Shown one piece after another: positions 1-9,136 of a stretch of DNA of 64,000 nucleotides. Numbering within the stretch: the first letter of the stretch is position 1; every line of letters starts with the position of its first letter. The translations under genes were made by a program, and so were the position numbers. This DNA is from an uncultured bacterium (GTDB taxonomy: Bacteria > Muiribacteriota > Ozemobacteria > Ozemobacterales > Ozemobacteraceae): the NCBI GenBank assembly GCA_937949615.1, contig CALEDQ010000018.1, positions 12,161 to 76,160 of the forward strand, read 5' to 3'. The notes under the pieces are model-generated. The model searched no databases. It was not told the DNA's origin and saw nothing but the letters and a program-made list of their open reading frames with translations.

Positions 1-243
1 ATGTTGTCGCCATATCGTGAGCCCTTTTTCGGTCTGGGTTTCGCGCTTTACAGCGACAAGGGGCCCGGCCTGTTTTTCGGCCACACCGGCAACACCGAGG
101 GTTACCGGTCGATGTTCATCGCCCATGAGTCGAGCGGCTGCGGGGCATTCATTCTCGCCAACAGCAATAACGCCGACCCGGTTATCAAAGAAACAGTCAA
201 CCAGATCGCCATTTCTGAAGGCTGGCCTGGCTTTAACTGGTAA
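1..243 (+). CDS. C-terminal fragment of a serine hydrolase / beta-lactamase-fold protein (5' end outside window)
   Basis: ORF runs off the window start. Tail ...GHTGNTEGYRSMF...FILANSNN resembles the C-terminal region of class C beta-lactamase/esterase-fold proteins. A stem-loop terminator follows. Confidence 0.45.
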   Translation: MLSPYREPFFGLGFALYSDKGPGLFFGHTGNTEGYRSMFIAHESSGCGAFILANSNNADPVIKETVNQIAISEGWPGFNW

Positions 244-253
244 CCGATAAAAA

Positions 254-288
254 ACGCCCATGGAGCTTTCTCCATGGGCATTTTGGGT
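254..288 (+). terminator. Rho-independent terminator
   Basis: Seen in sequence: GCCCATGGA-gctttc-TCCATGGGC stem-loop followed by ATTTTGGGT, directly after the stop at 243. Confidence 0.6.
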
Positions 289-330
289 AATGCTTTGCTG
301 AAAGCTGCTTGTGAAAATCAGGTTGAATAT

Positions 331-525
331 GCCTGAATTTCATATCATTACCAGCCATGAAACCGGGGCCTTATAAAACCTTGCATCAGTTGCCCTGATT
401 GTTATATCGTTCTTTAAACAGCCGATTGCCGCATTGAATTGTCACGGCTTACAGAAATAACCGAGGGGCAGCGTAAAAATGACAGTTGCATCTGCAGAGA
501 TTTTACAGCAAAGAGCCGCAGTATG
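331..525 (+). repeat. Direct repeat copy A (promoter+leader cassette), roughly 80-85% identical to 9131-9335
   Basis: Seen in sequence: gcctgaatttca...cttgcatcagttgccctgattgttatatcg...cttacagaaataaccgaggggcagcg...gacagttg...cagagattttacagcaaagagcc aligns with 9131-9335. Confidence 0.8.
381..408 (+). promoter_or_regulatory. sigma70-like promoter inside repeat copy A (-35 TTGCAT, 16-nt spacer, -10 TATATC)
   Basis: TTGCAT at 381-386 and TATATC at 403-408. The same hexamers and spacing are conserved in copy B (9182-9209). Located about 115 nt upstream of the hsdR ATG. Confidence 0.5.
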
Positions 526-2904
526 AGCAAAAAGCAGCTCTCAGAACGCGATATCTGCACCAAATTCATTACCCCCGCGCTCGAAAAAGCCGGCTGGGAC
601 ATCGCAACTCAGGTGCGCGAAGAGTTTCCCATTACCAACGGCCGCATTATAGTTCGCGGCAAAATGCACACCCGCGCCAAAAATAAAAGGGCCGACTACG
701 TGCTCTTCTACAAGCCTGGTATTCCGATTGCCGTGATCGAGGCCAAAGACAACAATCATTCTGTCGGCGACGGCATGCAGCAGGCCCTCGGCTATGCCGA
801 AATGCTGCAGGTGCCCTTCGTTTTCAGCAGCAATGGTGATGCCTTTCTGTTTCATAATGCCATGACCACCGGAAAAACCGAGCAGGAAATCAGTCTCGAC
901 CAGTTTCCTGCCCCCGATCATCTCTGGAGTCTTTTGAAGAGCGGCAAAGCCATCGATTCTGACCAGGAAGCCCTGATAACCCAGGATTACTACAGCGACG
1001 GCGGCAACAAGACACCGCGCTACTACCAACTGCTGGCCATCAATAAAACCATCGAAGCAATCGCTCAGGGAAAAGACCGCATATTGCTGGTCATGGCGAC
1101 CGGCACCGGCAAAACGTTCACGGCTTTTCAGATCATCTGGCGCCTCTGGAAATCAAAAGCGAAAAAGCGCATTCTCTTTCTCGCCGACCGCAACGTGCTT
1201 GTCGACCAGACCATGACCAACGACTTCAAGCCCTTTGGCCCGGCAATGACCAAGATTCAGAAACGCCAGGTCAACAAGTCGTTCGAAATCTATCTTTCGC
1301 TGTATCAGGCCGTCACCGGCACCGAGGAAGAGAAAAACATCTACAAACAGTTCAGCCCCGGCTTTTTCGACCTGGTCGTCGTCGACGAGTGTCACCGCGG
1401 CAGTGCCGCTGAAGACTCGAACTGGCGCCAGATTCTCGAATATTTTTCCTCGGCCACCCAGATCGGTCTGACTGCGACTCCCAAAGAAACGAAAGACGTT
1501 TCCAACATCGATTATTTTGGTGAGCCAATCTACACCTACTCTCTCAAACAGGGTATCGAAGACGGCTTTCTGGCGCCTTACAAGGTTGTCCGTATCGATA
1601 TCGACAAAGACCTCGAAGGCTGGCGGCCGAAAAAAGGCATGACCGATAAAAACGGCAACCTGATAGAAGATCGCATTTTCAACCTCAAAGACATGGATCG
1701 CACGCTCGTTCTCGAAAAACGCACCGAACTGGTCGCGGCCAAAATCAGCGAGTTTCTGCGCAATACCAGCCGGTTCGACAAAACCATCGTCTTCTGCGAC
1801 AACATCGATCATGCCGAACGCATGCGCCAGGCGCTCGTCAACGAAAACGCCGACCTGGTCGCCGAAAATTCAAAATATGTCATGCGCATTACCGGCGATA
1901 ACGAAGAGGGCAAGGTCGAACTCGACAACTTCATTTTTCCCGAGTCGCGCTACCCGGTCATCGCAACCACTTCGAAGCTGATGAGCACCGGCGTCGATGC
2001 GCAAACCTGCAAACTGATCGTTCTCGACCAGCATATTCAGTCGATGACCGAATTCAAGCAGATAATCGGGCGCGGCACCCGCATAAATGAAGATTTCAAC
2101 AAGTATTTCTTCACGATCATGGATTTCAAAAAGGCGACTGAACTGTTCGCCGACAAAGATTTCGACGGCGACCCGGTTTCGATCTATAACCCCAGGCCCG
2201 GGCAGCCGGTAACCCCGCCCGATGATGAAGAAACCACAACTGGCGACGCTTACCCGCCCGGCGAAGAGAACATTGCAGGCGGCGGCGTTGCCGACGATTA
2301 CAGCGGCAACGGTGGCGGCCTCGAAGACGGGCAATCAGGGGCTGCCAGAAAATACTACGTCAACAACGTCGAAGTTAAGGTTTCGTCAGAGCGCGTGCAA
2401 TATTTCGATGCCAGCGGCAAACTCATCACCGAATCGCTGAAAGACTACACCCGCAAAACTCTCAGCCAGGAATTTTCAAGCCTCGACGACTTTCTCAGCC
2501 GCTGGAACAGCAGCGAGAAGAAGAAAACCATCATCGAAGAACTCGCCCGCGAGGGTGTCTTTTTCGAAGCTCTGGCCGAAGAGATCGGCAAAGACCTCGA
2601 CCCGTTCGACATCGTCTGCCACGTAGCCTGGGATATGCCGCCCCTGTCGCGCAAAGAGCGCGCCGAGAACGTTAAAAAGAAAAACTATTTCACGAAATAT
2701 GGGGAAAAGGCCCGCCGGGTTCTCGTTGCACTGCTTGACAAGTATGCCGACGAAGGCGTGACTCATATCGAAGAAACCCAGATTCTGACTGTAGACCCCT
2801 TCAGTCGGATCGGTACGCCTGTCGAAATCATCAGAGATTTCGGCAGCCTCGAAAACTACCGGCAGGCGGTTCTTGAACTCGAACAGGCCCTCTACTGCGC
2901 CTGA
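523..2904 (+). CDS. hsdR: Type I restriction enzyme R subunit (HsdR)
   Basis: Begins [26 protein letters not shown] (classic HsdR N-terminal nuclease region). Helicase motifs VMATGTGKT and [10 protein letters not shown] (DEAH). Annotated from ATG 523 rather than ORF start 439, because 439-522 lies inside the repeat/leader. RBS-poor, but ATGA-overlapped by a leader uORF. Confidence 0.9.
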   Translation: MSKKQLSERDICTKFITPALEKAGWDIATQVREEFPITNGRIIVRGKMHTRAKNKRADYVLFYKPGIPIAVIEAKDNNHSVGDGMQQALGYAEMLQVPFVFSSNGDAFLFHNAMTTGKTEQEISLDQFPAPDHLWSLLKSGKAIDSDQEALITQDYYSDGGNKTPRYYQLLAINKTIEAIAQGKDRILLVMATGTGKTFTAFQIIWRLWKSKAKKRILFLADRNVLVDQTMTNDFKPFGPAMTKIQKRQVNKSFEIYLSLYQAVTGTEEEKNIYKQFSPGFFDLVVVDECHRGSAAEDSNWRQILEYFSSATQIGLTATPKETKDVSNIDYFGEPIYTYSLKQGIEDGFLAPYKVVRIDIDKDLEGWRPKKGMTDKNGNLIEDRIFNLKDMDRTLVLEKRTELVAAKISEFLRNTSRFDKTIVFCDNIDHAERMRQALVNENADLVAENSKYVMRITGDNEEGKVELDNFIFPESRYPVIATTSKLMSTGVDAQTCKLIVLDQHIQSMTEFKQIIGRGTRINEDFNKYFFTIMDFKKATELFADKDFDGDPVSIYNPRPGQPVTPPDDEETTTGDAYPPGEENIAGGGVADDYSGNGGGLEDGQSGAARKYYVNNVEVKVSSERVQYFDASGKLITESLKDYTRKTLSQEFSSLDDFLSRWNSSEKKKTIIEELAREGVFFEALAEEIGKDLDPFDIVCHVAWDMPPLSRKERAENVKKKNYFTKYGEKARRVLVALLDKYADEGVTHIEETQILTVDPFSRIGTPVEIIRDFGSLENYRQAVLELEQALYCA

Positions 2905-2922
2905 TTTAACGGAGAAAACGCA

Positions 2923-4374
2923 ATGTCTATCACCACCCTCATCAAAACCATTCAGGACATCATGCGCAAAGACGTCGGCGTTGACGGCGATGCCCAGAGA
3001 ATCAGCCAGATGGCCTGGTTGCTTTTTCTCAAAATTTTCAGCGACAAGGAAGCCGAATGGGAACTGACTGTCAGCGGCTATAAATCGCCACTGCCGTCGA
3101 GGTTCCGCTGGGCGAACTGGGCCGGCAACCCCGAAGGCATAACCGGCGAGGAACTGATCGACTTCGTTAACAACAATCTTTTTCCGGCGCTCAAAAAGCT
3201 TGCCACCACTGCCGGCGTCAGCGAACAGGGCAAGGTCGTCGGCAGCGTCTTCGAAGATGCCTACAACTACATGAAATCAGGCACCCTGCTGCGTCAGGTC
3301 ATCAACACCATCGAAGAAAACTTCGACTTCAATTCTTCAGCTGACCGGCACCTGTTCAACGATATCTACGAAAAAATTCTGGCTGACCTGCAGTCAGCCG
3401 GCAATGCCGGCGAATATTACACGCCCCGCGCCGTCACGCAGTTCATGGTCGACATCATCGATCCGCAGCTCGGCGAGACGGTTCTCGACCCGGCCTGCGG
3501 CACCGCGGGTTTTCTGACCAGCACCATCGAGCATCTGCAGAAGCAGGTAAAGACTCCCGATGACCGCAAATGTATCGCCACCTCGATCAACGGCGTCGAA
3601 AAAAAGCCGATGCCGCACATGCTGGCAGTTACGAACGTCATGTTGCATGGTATCGATGTTCCGAGCAGAATCAGACACGACAACACCCTGACCAGGCCGC
3701 TCAAAGATTATGGCCCGCGCGACCGTGTCGACATCGTCATCACCAACCCGCCATTTGGCGGCATGGAAGAAGACGGAATCGAAAACAATTTTCCGAAAAA
3801 ATATCAGACCCGCGAAACGGCCGACCTGTTCATGGCGCTGATTATGCACCTTCTCAAACCTGATACGGGCAGGGCCGCCGTGGTTCTTCCCGACGGCTTT
3901 CTCTTCGGCGAAGGGGTTAAAACGACGCTCAAACGCGAGCTTCTCGAAGAATTCAATCTGCATACGATTGTACGGCTGCCCAAGGGCGTTTTCAGCCCCT
4001 ATACCGGCATCAATACGAACATTCTCTTTTTCGAAAAGGGAAAACCGACGCAGCATGTCTGGTTTTTCGAACACCCCTACCCTGAAGGGTACAAGTCGTA
4101 TTCGCGGTCAAAGCCGCTGACCATTCAGGAATTCGACCGTGAAAAAGCCTGGTGGAACAATCGCAAAACCACCGAACACGCCTGGAAAGTGCCGGTCGAA
4201 GAAATCGTCGCCCGCAATTACAATCTCGACTGCAAAAACCCGCATGTAACCGAAGTAAATCATCGTGACCCCGAAGAGCTGATGGCCGAATATCAACAGA
4301 CAGTCGCCCGGTTAAAAGCCGTGCAGCAGGCTCTCAAAGCCGAGCTGATCGCCTGTCTCGGAGACAAGACATGA
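2923..4374 (+). CDS. hsdM: Type I RM N6-adenine DNA methyltransferase subunit (HsdM)
   Basis: HsdM N-terminal domain (KDVGVDGDAQRISQMAWLLFLKIF), SAM motif LDPACGTAGFL and catalytic NPPFG. RBS GGAGA 8 nt upstream. Confidence 0.93.
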   Translation: MSITTLIKTIQDIMRKDVGVDGDAQRISQMAWLLFLKIFSDKEAEWELTVSGYKSPLPSRFRWANWAGNPEGITGEELIDFVNNNLFPALKKLATTAGVSEQGKVVGSVFEDAYNYMKSGTLLRQVINTIEENFDFNSSADRHLFNDIYEKILADLQSAGNAGEYYTPRAVTQFMVDIIDPQLGETVLDPACGTAGFLTSTIEHLQKQVKTPDDRKCIATSINGVEKKPMPHMLAVTNVMLHGIDVPSRIRHDNTLTRPLKDYGPRDRVDIVITNPPFGGMEEDGIENNFPKKYQTRETADLFMALIMHLLKPDTGRAAVVLPDGFLFGEGVKTTLKRELLEEFNLHTIVRLPKGVFSPYTGINTNILFFEKGKPTQHVWFFEHPYPEGYKSYSRSKPLTIQEFDREKAWWNNRKTTEHAWKVPVEEIVARNYNLDCKNPHVTEVNHRDPEELMAEYQQTVARLKAVQQALKAELIACLGDKT

Positions 4375-4447
4375 GTATCTGCAGATTTGTTACTCTGACT
4401 GAGAATTTGAAAGACCTGTTTGTGCAAGAGCCTCTTGCACAAATATT

Positions 4448-4681
4448 GTGCCGATGAAATGCGCATATTGTGCTGAAAATTCAGAAGAAACTGTGGAAAA
4501 AATTATTCAGGCCATTAAAAATGACCCCTGCATAACTATTGAAAAGTTGAGCCAGATAACAGAGTTATCGACAAGGGGCATTGAATGGAATCTGAAAAAG
4601 CTCAAGGAAGCCGGTCGCATAACAAGAGTCGGGCCAAGAAAGGGCGGACACTGGAAAGTTCTGAATCCGGAAAATGAATAA
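4448..4681 (+). CDS. Small winged-helix DNA-binding protein (wHTH, 77 aa) embedded between hsdM and hsdS
   Basis: Motif ...ITIEKLSQITELSTRGIEWNLKKLKEAGRITRVGPRKGGHWKV resembles C-terminal wHTH modules of Fic/AlbA-type regulators. Its stop overlaps the hsdS ATG (ATGAATAA). Confidence 0.5.
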   Translation: MPMKCAYCAENSEETVEKIIQAIKNDPCITIEKLSQITELSTRGIEWNLKKLKEAGRITRVGPRKGGHWKVLNPENE

Positions 4682-6380
4682 AGAAACACGCAAGTTGCTT
4701 GATAAACACTTCGAAACTGCTTTTGATACGCCCGACGGCATAAAGAAGCTGCGTGAGCTGATTCTGACTCTGGCCATGCGGGGCAGACTCGTGCCACAAG
4801 ACCAGAACGATCAGCCGGCCAGCGAACTGTTAAAAGAAATCGCCGCCGAAAAAGACCGCCTGATCAAAGAAGGCAAACTCAAACCGCAAAAACCCCTGCC
4901 TCCAATCGACCCCAAAGAAATCCCCTATCAGCTTCCAAAAGGTTGGGAATGGGTTAGATTGCAAAACGCTTTTGATGTTCGCGATGGAACGCATGATACG
5001 CCTAAATATACTGTTTCAGGCTTTCCATTAATTACCAGTAAAAATCTCTATACCGGAAGACTTAGTTTTGAAGACGTGAAGTTCATTTCGGAGCATGATC
5101 ATAATCGAATAAAGGAACGTTCTAGAGTAGATCTTGGTGACATTCTTTTTGCCATGATTGGTAGTATTGGCAATCCAGTTATAGTGGAATGTGAGCATGA
5201 GTTTTCAATAAAAAATGTGGCTCTTTTCAAGTTTTATAAGGCAAACACACCGGAAAGATTGTTTTTACATAACTTTTTGCTATCCTCTCAAACCGCGATG
5301 AAAGCAATCTCATCTGGAGCTGTGCAAAGCTTTGTTTCTTTAAATTTTATTAGAAATTATTTATTTCCGCTACCGCCGCTTGCTGAGCAAAAGCGTATTG
5401 TGGCGCGGGTTGAGCAGTTGATAGCGCGTTGTGATGAGCTTGAGAAGCTGCGGGCGGCGAGAGACGAAAAACGGCTCGAAACGCATGCGGCGGCGCTGAA
5501 TGCGCTGTTTGCTGCCGCTGACAGCGGCGATTTCAGCACTGCCTGGAAATTCATCAGCCGCAATTTCGACGAACTGTATACGGTGAAAGAAAACGTCGCC
5601 GAACTGCGCAAAGCCATTCTGCAACTGGCCGTCATGGGCAGACTCGTGCCCCAGGACCCGAACGACCAGCCCGCCAGCGAACTGCTAAAAGAAATCGCCG
5701 CCGAAAAAGCCCGCCTGATCAAAGAAGGCAAACTCAAACCACAAAAACCCCTGCCTCCAATCGACCCCAAAGAAATCCCTTATAAGCTTGCAAAAGGTTG
5801 GGAATGGGTAAGGTTTGATCAATTAATTGATCAACGCTTTCCTATTTCCTACGGGGTTCTTGTTCCCGGTCCAGATACCGAAGATGGTGTTCCATTTGTA
5901 AGAATTGAGGATCTTACAATCAAGAACCCCAAAGAAAAACCTGGAAAAAGAATTGGGCAAGACATTGCATCTAACTATGAACGCACAAAACTAGAAGGGG
6001 GAGAGATTTTAATGGGTGTCGTCGGAAGCATCGGAAAACTGGGCATTGCACCAGAAAGTTGGAAGGGAGCTTATATAGCAAGAGCAGTATGCCGAATATT
6101 TCCATCTTCACAAGTTGATAAGAAATATATTTTATGGATTCTTCAAAGCAATTTCATGCAAACTTGTTTTGCTAGTGAAACAAGGACTCTTGCCCAACCA
6201 ACACTAAATATTGGGCTCATAAGGGCTGCGCTAACTCCTTTGCCGCCACTTGAGGAGCAAAAGCGGATTGTAGCGCGGGTTGAGCAGTTGATGGCATTGT
6301 GCGATGGTCTCGAACAGAGTATTGCCGCTGCTGACGGCAGTCGGGCGGCTCTTCTCGATTCACTGATGGCAAATGTATGA
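4674..6380 (+). CDS. hsdS: Type I RM specificity subunit (HsdS) with two target-recognition domains
   Basis: Two AT-rich target-recognition domains (TRDs) separated by duplicated conserved helices: RGRLVPQD..NDQPASELLKEIAAEK..RLIKEGKLKPQKPLPPIDPKEIPY twice, and PLPPL(A/E)EQKRIVARVEQL twice. This is the standard circular HsdS architecture. Confidence 0.9.
   Translation: MNKETRKLLDKHFETAFDTPDGIKKLRELILTLAMRGRLVPQDQNDQPASELLKEIAAEKDRLIKEGKLKPQKPLPPIDPKEIPYQLPKGWEWVRLQNAFDVRDGTHDTPKYTVSGFPLITSKNLYTGRLSFEDVKFISEHDHNRIKERSRVDLGDILFAMIGSIGNPVIVECEHEFSIKNVALFKFYKANTPERLFLHNFLLSSQTAMKAISSGAVQSFVSLNFIRNYLFPLPPLAEQKRIVARVEQLIARCDELEKLRAARDEKRLETHAAALNALFAAADSGDFSTAWKFISRNFDELYTVKENVAELRKAILQLAVMGRLVPQDPNDQPASELLKEIAAEKARLIKEGKLKPQKPLPPIDPKEIPYKLAKGWEWVRFDQLIDQRFPISYGVLVPGPDTEDGVPFVRIEDLTIKNPKEKPGKRIGQDIASNYERTKLEGGEILMGVVGSIGKLGIAPESWKGAYIARAVCRIFPSSQVDKKYILWILQSNFMQTCFASETRTLAQPTLNIGLIRAALTPLPPLEEQKRIVARVEQLMALCDGLEQSIAAADGSRAALLDSLMANV
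4773..4957 (+). repeat. Intragenic direct repeat in hsdS (copy 1 of conserved-region repeat, about 92% identical to 5633-5813)
   Basis: Seen in sequence. Encodes the conserved HsdS helix. Such repeats are a substrate for TRD reassortment. Confidence 0.85.
5633..5813 (+). repeat. Intragenic direct repeat in hsdS (copy 2)
   Basis: Aligns with 4773-4957. A second shorter pair lies at 5368-5445 / 6238-6320. Confidence 0.85.
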
Positions 6381-6397
6381 TATTTTCGTGATCAGGC

Positions 6398-7303
6398 ATG
6401 AATTACAAACGAAACCATAAATTTCCGAGCCGGTCCAGTTTCTGGGATGCGGTGAATACTTTCGGCGAAGATATGGTTTATCGCCGCAACGATCCGCCGA
6501 TAAAGCCTGAATTCCAGATTTTTCTTGAAACCGAAACTCATTATATGATCTGCGACCTGCGCCTGCGCGACAAATTGACCGATGCAGAACATCTAAAGAA
6601 GCTCGACGAAGAAGTATTTAAATTGACCGAACATAGAATCAACGCGGTCAGACGCATCAACCCTGACGGCCGCGCCGAATACATATACAAAAGGCCGAAT
6701 GGCGTAATTCTGACGCCTGACTTTCATTTCGACACCTATGTTAAATTCTGCTTCAATTTCCGTGATTACGTTAAACTGGTCTACTGCTCCAACAAAAAAG
6801 AAACGGGTGATGAGTTCAATAAAAATTTCCACTCTTTCTTCTGCAGATGGTTCACCGACTCGCGCGGCAAGGAGCTCAAATCGGTCTACTGTGAACAACA
6901 GTGGTTTCCGGATGTTAAAAAGTGGCTGCTCAAAAAAAAGCAGAACCCGGCTTATTCGGTGCCACACTCAGAATTCAAAGACACCCCGATTGAAGGCCGG
7001 TTAGAGGGCATTCTGTTCAAAAACGGGATTGCATACACCAAGCAGGCTGAATTTTTTCAGCACGAAATGAAACTCACTGTTCCAGACTTTCTGCTTGAAA
7101 AGCAGAAAATTGCAATTTACTGCGATGGCACTGAGTTTCACAAAGACACCCAGGCCATCATCCGCGACAAAGTGCAGGATAGAAGGCTGCAAATCAATGG
7201 CTACATGGTCCTGAGATTTTCAGGTTCCGAAATATTGGGCGATATCGCGCTCTGCGAGCGCGATATTCTCGACGCGATAAAGACAAGAGAATCAAAAAGC
7301 TGA
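6398..7303 (+). CDS. Uncharacterised protein with C-terminal DUF559 / Vsr-like PD-(D/E)XK endonuclease-type domain
   Basis: C-terminus IAIYCDGTEFHKDTQAIIRDKVQDRRLQINGYMVLRFSGSEI matches the DUF559 signature (xDGxxH...RD..R...L...G..VLRF). The N-terminal roughly 200 aa has no recognisable family. Begins 18 nt after the hsdS stop. Confidence 0.6.
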   Translation: MNYKRNHKFPSRSSFWDAVNTFGEDMVYRRNDPPIKPEFQIFLETETHYMICDLRLRDKLTDAEHLKKLDEEVFKLTEHRINAVRRINPDGRAEYIYKRPNGVILTPDFHFDTYVKFCFNFRDYVKLVYCSNKKETGDEFNKNFHSFFCRWFTDSRGKELKSVYCEQQWFPDVKKWLLKKKQNPAYSVPHSEFKDTPIEGRLEGILFKNGIAYTKQAEFFQHEMKLTVPDFLLEKQKIAIYCDGTEFHKDTQAIIRDKVQDRRLQINGYMVLRFSGSEILGDIALCERDILDAIKTRESKS

Positions 7304-7376
7304 CTCAGTTTTCGCGTTCGCCTGGCGCCGCCTGATAGCCGCTCGGAACTTTACGTAGTATATTCAGACAGGCAGG

Positions 7377-8369
7377 ATGGGACTGGAGGTAAGAAATGCC
7401 GTTTCCCGTAGTTGTCCACAAAGAGGGCAAAAGCTCGTTCGGGCCAGGTTTATGAAAGATTACAGACTGATTTTTGAAGTAGTGCATGGCAGTCAGGCTT
7501 TTGGCCTGGATGGCCCGGGCTCAGACCTCGATTTGAAAGGCGTGATTATCGGGCCGGCGTTCTGGTATTTTGGTTTTTTAGAAAGCCCTGAACAGCTCGT
7601 TCTTAACAAGGATCACACGCTTTTCGAACTCCGGAAATTTTTCAGACTGGCAATAGATGCCAACCCGACTGCAATCGAGATGCTGTGGGCTCCCCAGAAC
7701 TGCATCAGAGAGTGCTCTCCAATGGCCGAAAAGCTGCTGAGTGCCAGAGAAAAGTTTTTATCTCTCAAAGTGGCAGACAGTTTCGGCAAATACGCCCTCT
7801 CACAGCTGCGCCGCATCAAAACTCATCGCAGATGGCTGCTTGAACCGCCCAAAACACAGCCACAAAGAGAGGAATTCAATCTGCCCGGCAAACCCGTCTT
7901 TTCAGATGACCAGATTGGTGCGGCTGAATCATTGATTGAAAGCGGCAAGTTGACACATGCCGATCTGCCGCCAAATTTCATGCTGATACTCGACCGTGAA
8001 AGAAGTTATCGTGCCGCCATCAAGGAATGGCAGCAGTTTCAAACCTGGCAGAAAGAGAGAAACCCGGCGAGAGCAAAGCTGGAGAAAGAATTCGGCTATG
8101 ATACAAAGCACGCCTTGCACCTTGTCAGGCTCTTAAGAATGGCACTCGAGATATTAATTTCAGGTGAAGTAATCGTTCGCAGACCAGACCGAGAAGAGCT
8201 TCTGGCAATCAAACAGGGAACCTGGAAATTCGACCAGCTAATTGAATACGCCGAGTCGATGAATCAGAAAATCCTTGAGGCCAGAAACCGCAGCAGTCTG
8301 CCTGAGTTTCCCGACAATGAAAGTCTCAATCTATTATGCACAGAAATTCTGAGAGGTTGTTTTGCATGA
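7377..8369 (+). CDS. Pol-beta superfamily nucleotidyltransferase, paralog 1 (alternative start ATG 7452)
   Basis: hGS-x9-DhD motif: VHGSQAFGLDGPGSDLDLKGV. C-terminal helical domain. Paralogous to the next ORF. The stop overlaps the next start (ATGA). Confidence 0.65.
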   Translation: MGLEVRNAVSRSCPQRGQKLVRARFMKDYRLIFEVVHGSQAFGLDGPGSDLDLKGVIIGPAFWYFGFLESPEQLVLNKDHTLFELRKFFRLAIDANPTAIEMLWAPQNCIRECSPMAEKLLSAREKFLSLKVADSFGKYALSQLRRIKTHRRWLLEPPKTQPQREEFNLPGKPVFSDDQIGAAESLIESGKLTHADLPPNFMLILDRERSYRAAIKEWQQFQTWQKERNPARAKLEKEFGYDTKHALHLVRLLRMALEILISGEVIVRRPDREELLAIKQGTWKFDQLIEYAESMNQKILEARNRSSLPEFPDNESLNLLCTEILRGCFA

Positions 8370-9136
8370 TTGAAAAAAAACAGATAGAGCTCGGCCAGGA
8401 ATTCGTTTCCAGAAATTTTGACAAGGGAAAGCTGCTGCTGGTTGCGGTAACTGGCAGTCATTTTTATGGGTTTCCGGCTCCGGACAGCGATCTGGATCTG
8501 AAAGGCATTCACGCGGCCCCTACCAGGCAGATACTTGCACTCGAAAAACCTGCGTCGGCACACAATGTTGAGGAAATGTGGCGAAACTGTCTCTGCGATT
8601 TTTCCAGCAATGAAATAGAACAGGCTTTGCGACTTCTGATAAAGGGAAACGGCAACATGCTCGAGAGAATATTTTCCCCTTATCAGCTTTTTGAAACAGA
8701 AGAAGCGACGCGATTGAAAGAAATAAAGACCGCTTATCTTTCACAACGATTCTTTCATCATTACACCGGCTTTTTTCAGAAAAAATGCGCTGAGTTTGCG
8801 AAGAGCGATTTTTACCTCATCAAGCCTTTGCTCTATATCTACAGAGTCGCTCTGACCGGGATTCATCTTCTGAAAACGGGCGAGGTCATTGGTGATGTGC
8901 GAAAACTGGCGCCAGAATACGGCTTTTCTGAGGTTGATGAGCTGATAAAAATCTACTCTGCGACTTCTGAAAAAAAGTCGCTTGATAAAGCTTCTGCAAG
9001 CCAGTTCGTTGCAAGATGGCCAGAGCTTGAGAACAAGCTGAACGATGCCCTCAGCACCAGCTGTCTGCCGGAAGTTCCGGGCGACCCTGATGCCTGTTCC
9101 GACCTGCTGGTTGAAATCAGATTGAAATCTGCCTGA
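8366..9136 (+). CDS. Pol-beta superfamily nucleotidyltransferase, paralog 2
   Basis: VTGSHFYGFPAPDSDLDLKGI motif, similar layout to paralog 1 (RlaP-like minimal NTase fold by recollection). Start chosen at MIEKKQ with GAGAGG RBS. Confidence 0.65.
   Translation: MIEKKQIELGQEFVSRNFDKGKLLLVAVTGSHFYGFPAPDSDLDLKGIHAAPTRQILALEKPASAHNVEEMWRNCLCDFSSNEIEQALRLLIKGNGNMLERIFSPYQLFETEEATRLKEIKTAYLSQRFFHHYTGFFQKKCAEFAKSDFYLIKPLLYIYRVALTGIHLLKTGEVIGDVRKLAPEYGFSEVDELIKIYSATSEKKSLDKASASQFVARWPELENKLNDALSTSCLPEVPGDPDACSDLLVEIRLKSA

Noticed and set aside
439-522. N-terminal extension of the hsdR ORF ([28 protein letters not shown])
   Set aside because: It lies inside the repeat/leader that is also present upstream of tcmP, and the canonical HsdR N-terminus begins at ATG 523.
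541-2766. Several long antisense ORFs inside hsdR (541-1029, 1153-1812, 1870-2334, 2476-2766, minus strand)
   Set aside because: They are fully embedded in a high-confidence helicase/restriction gene with no RBS or motifs, and are typical GC-rich antisense frames.
3394-4074. 226-aa antisense ORF within hsdM
   Set aside because: It is embedded opposite the NPPFG methyltransferase core and has no independent support.
5357-5770. 137-aa Ser/Ala-rich antisense ORF in hsdS
   Set aside because: It is generated by the conserved-repeat region read in reverse and has low-complexity composition.
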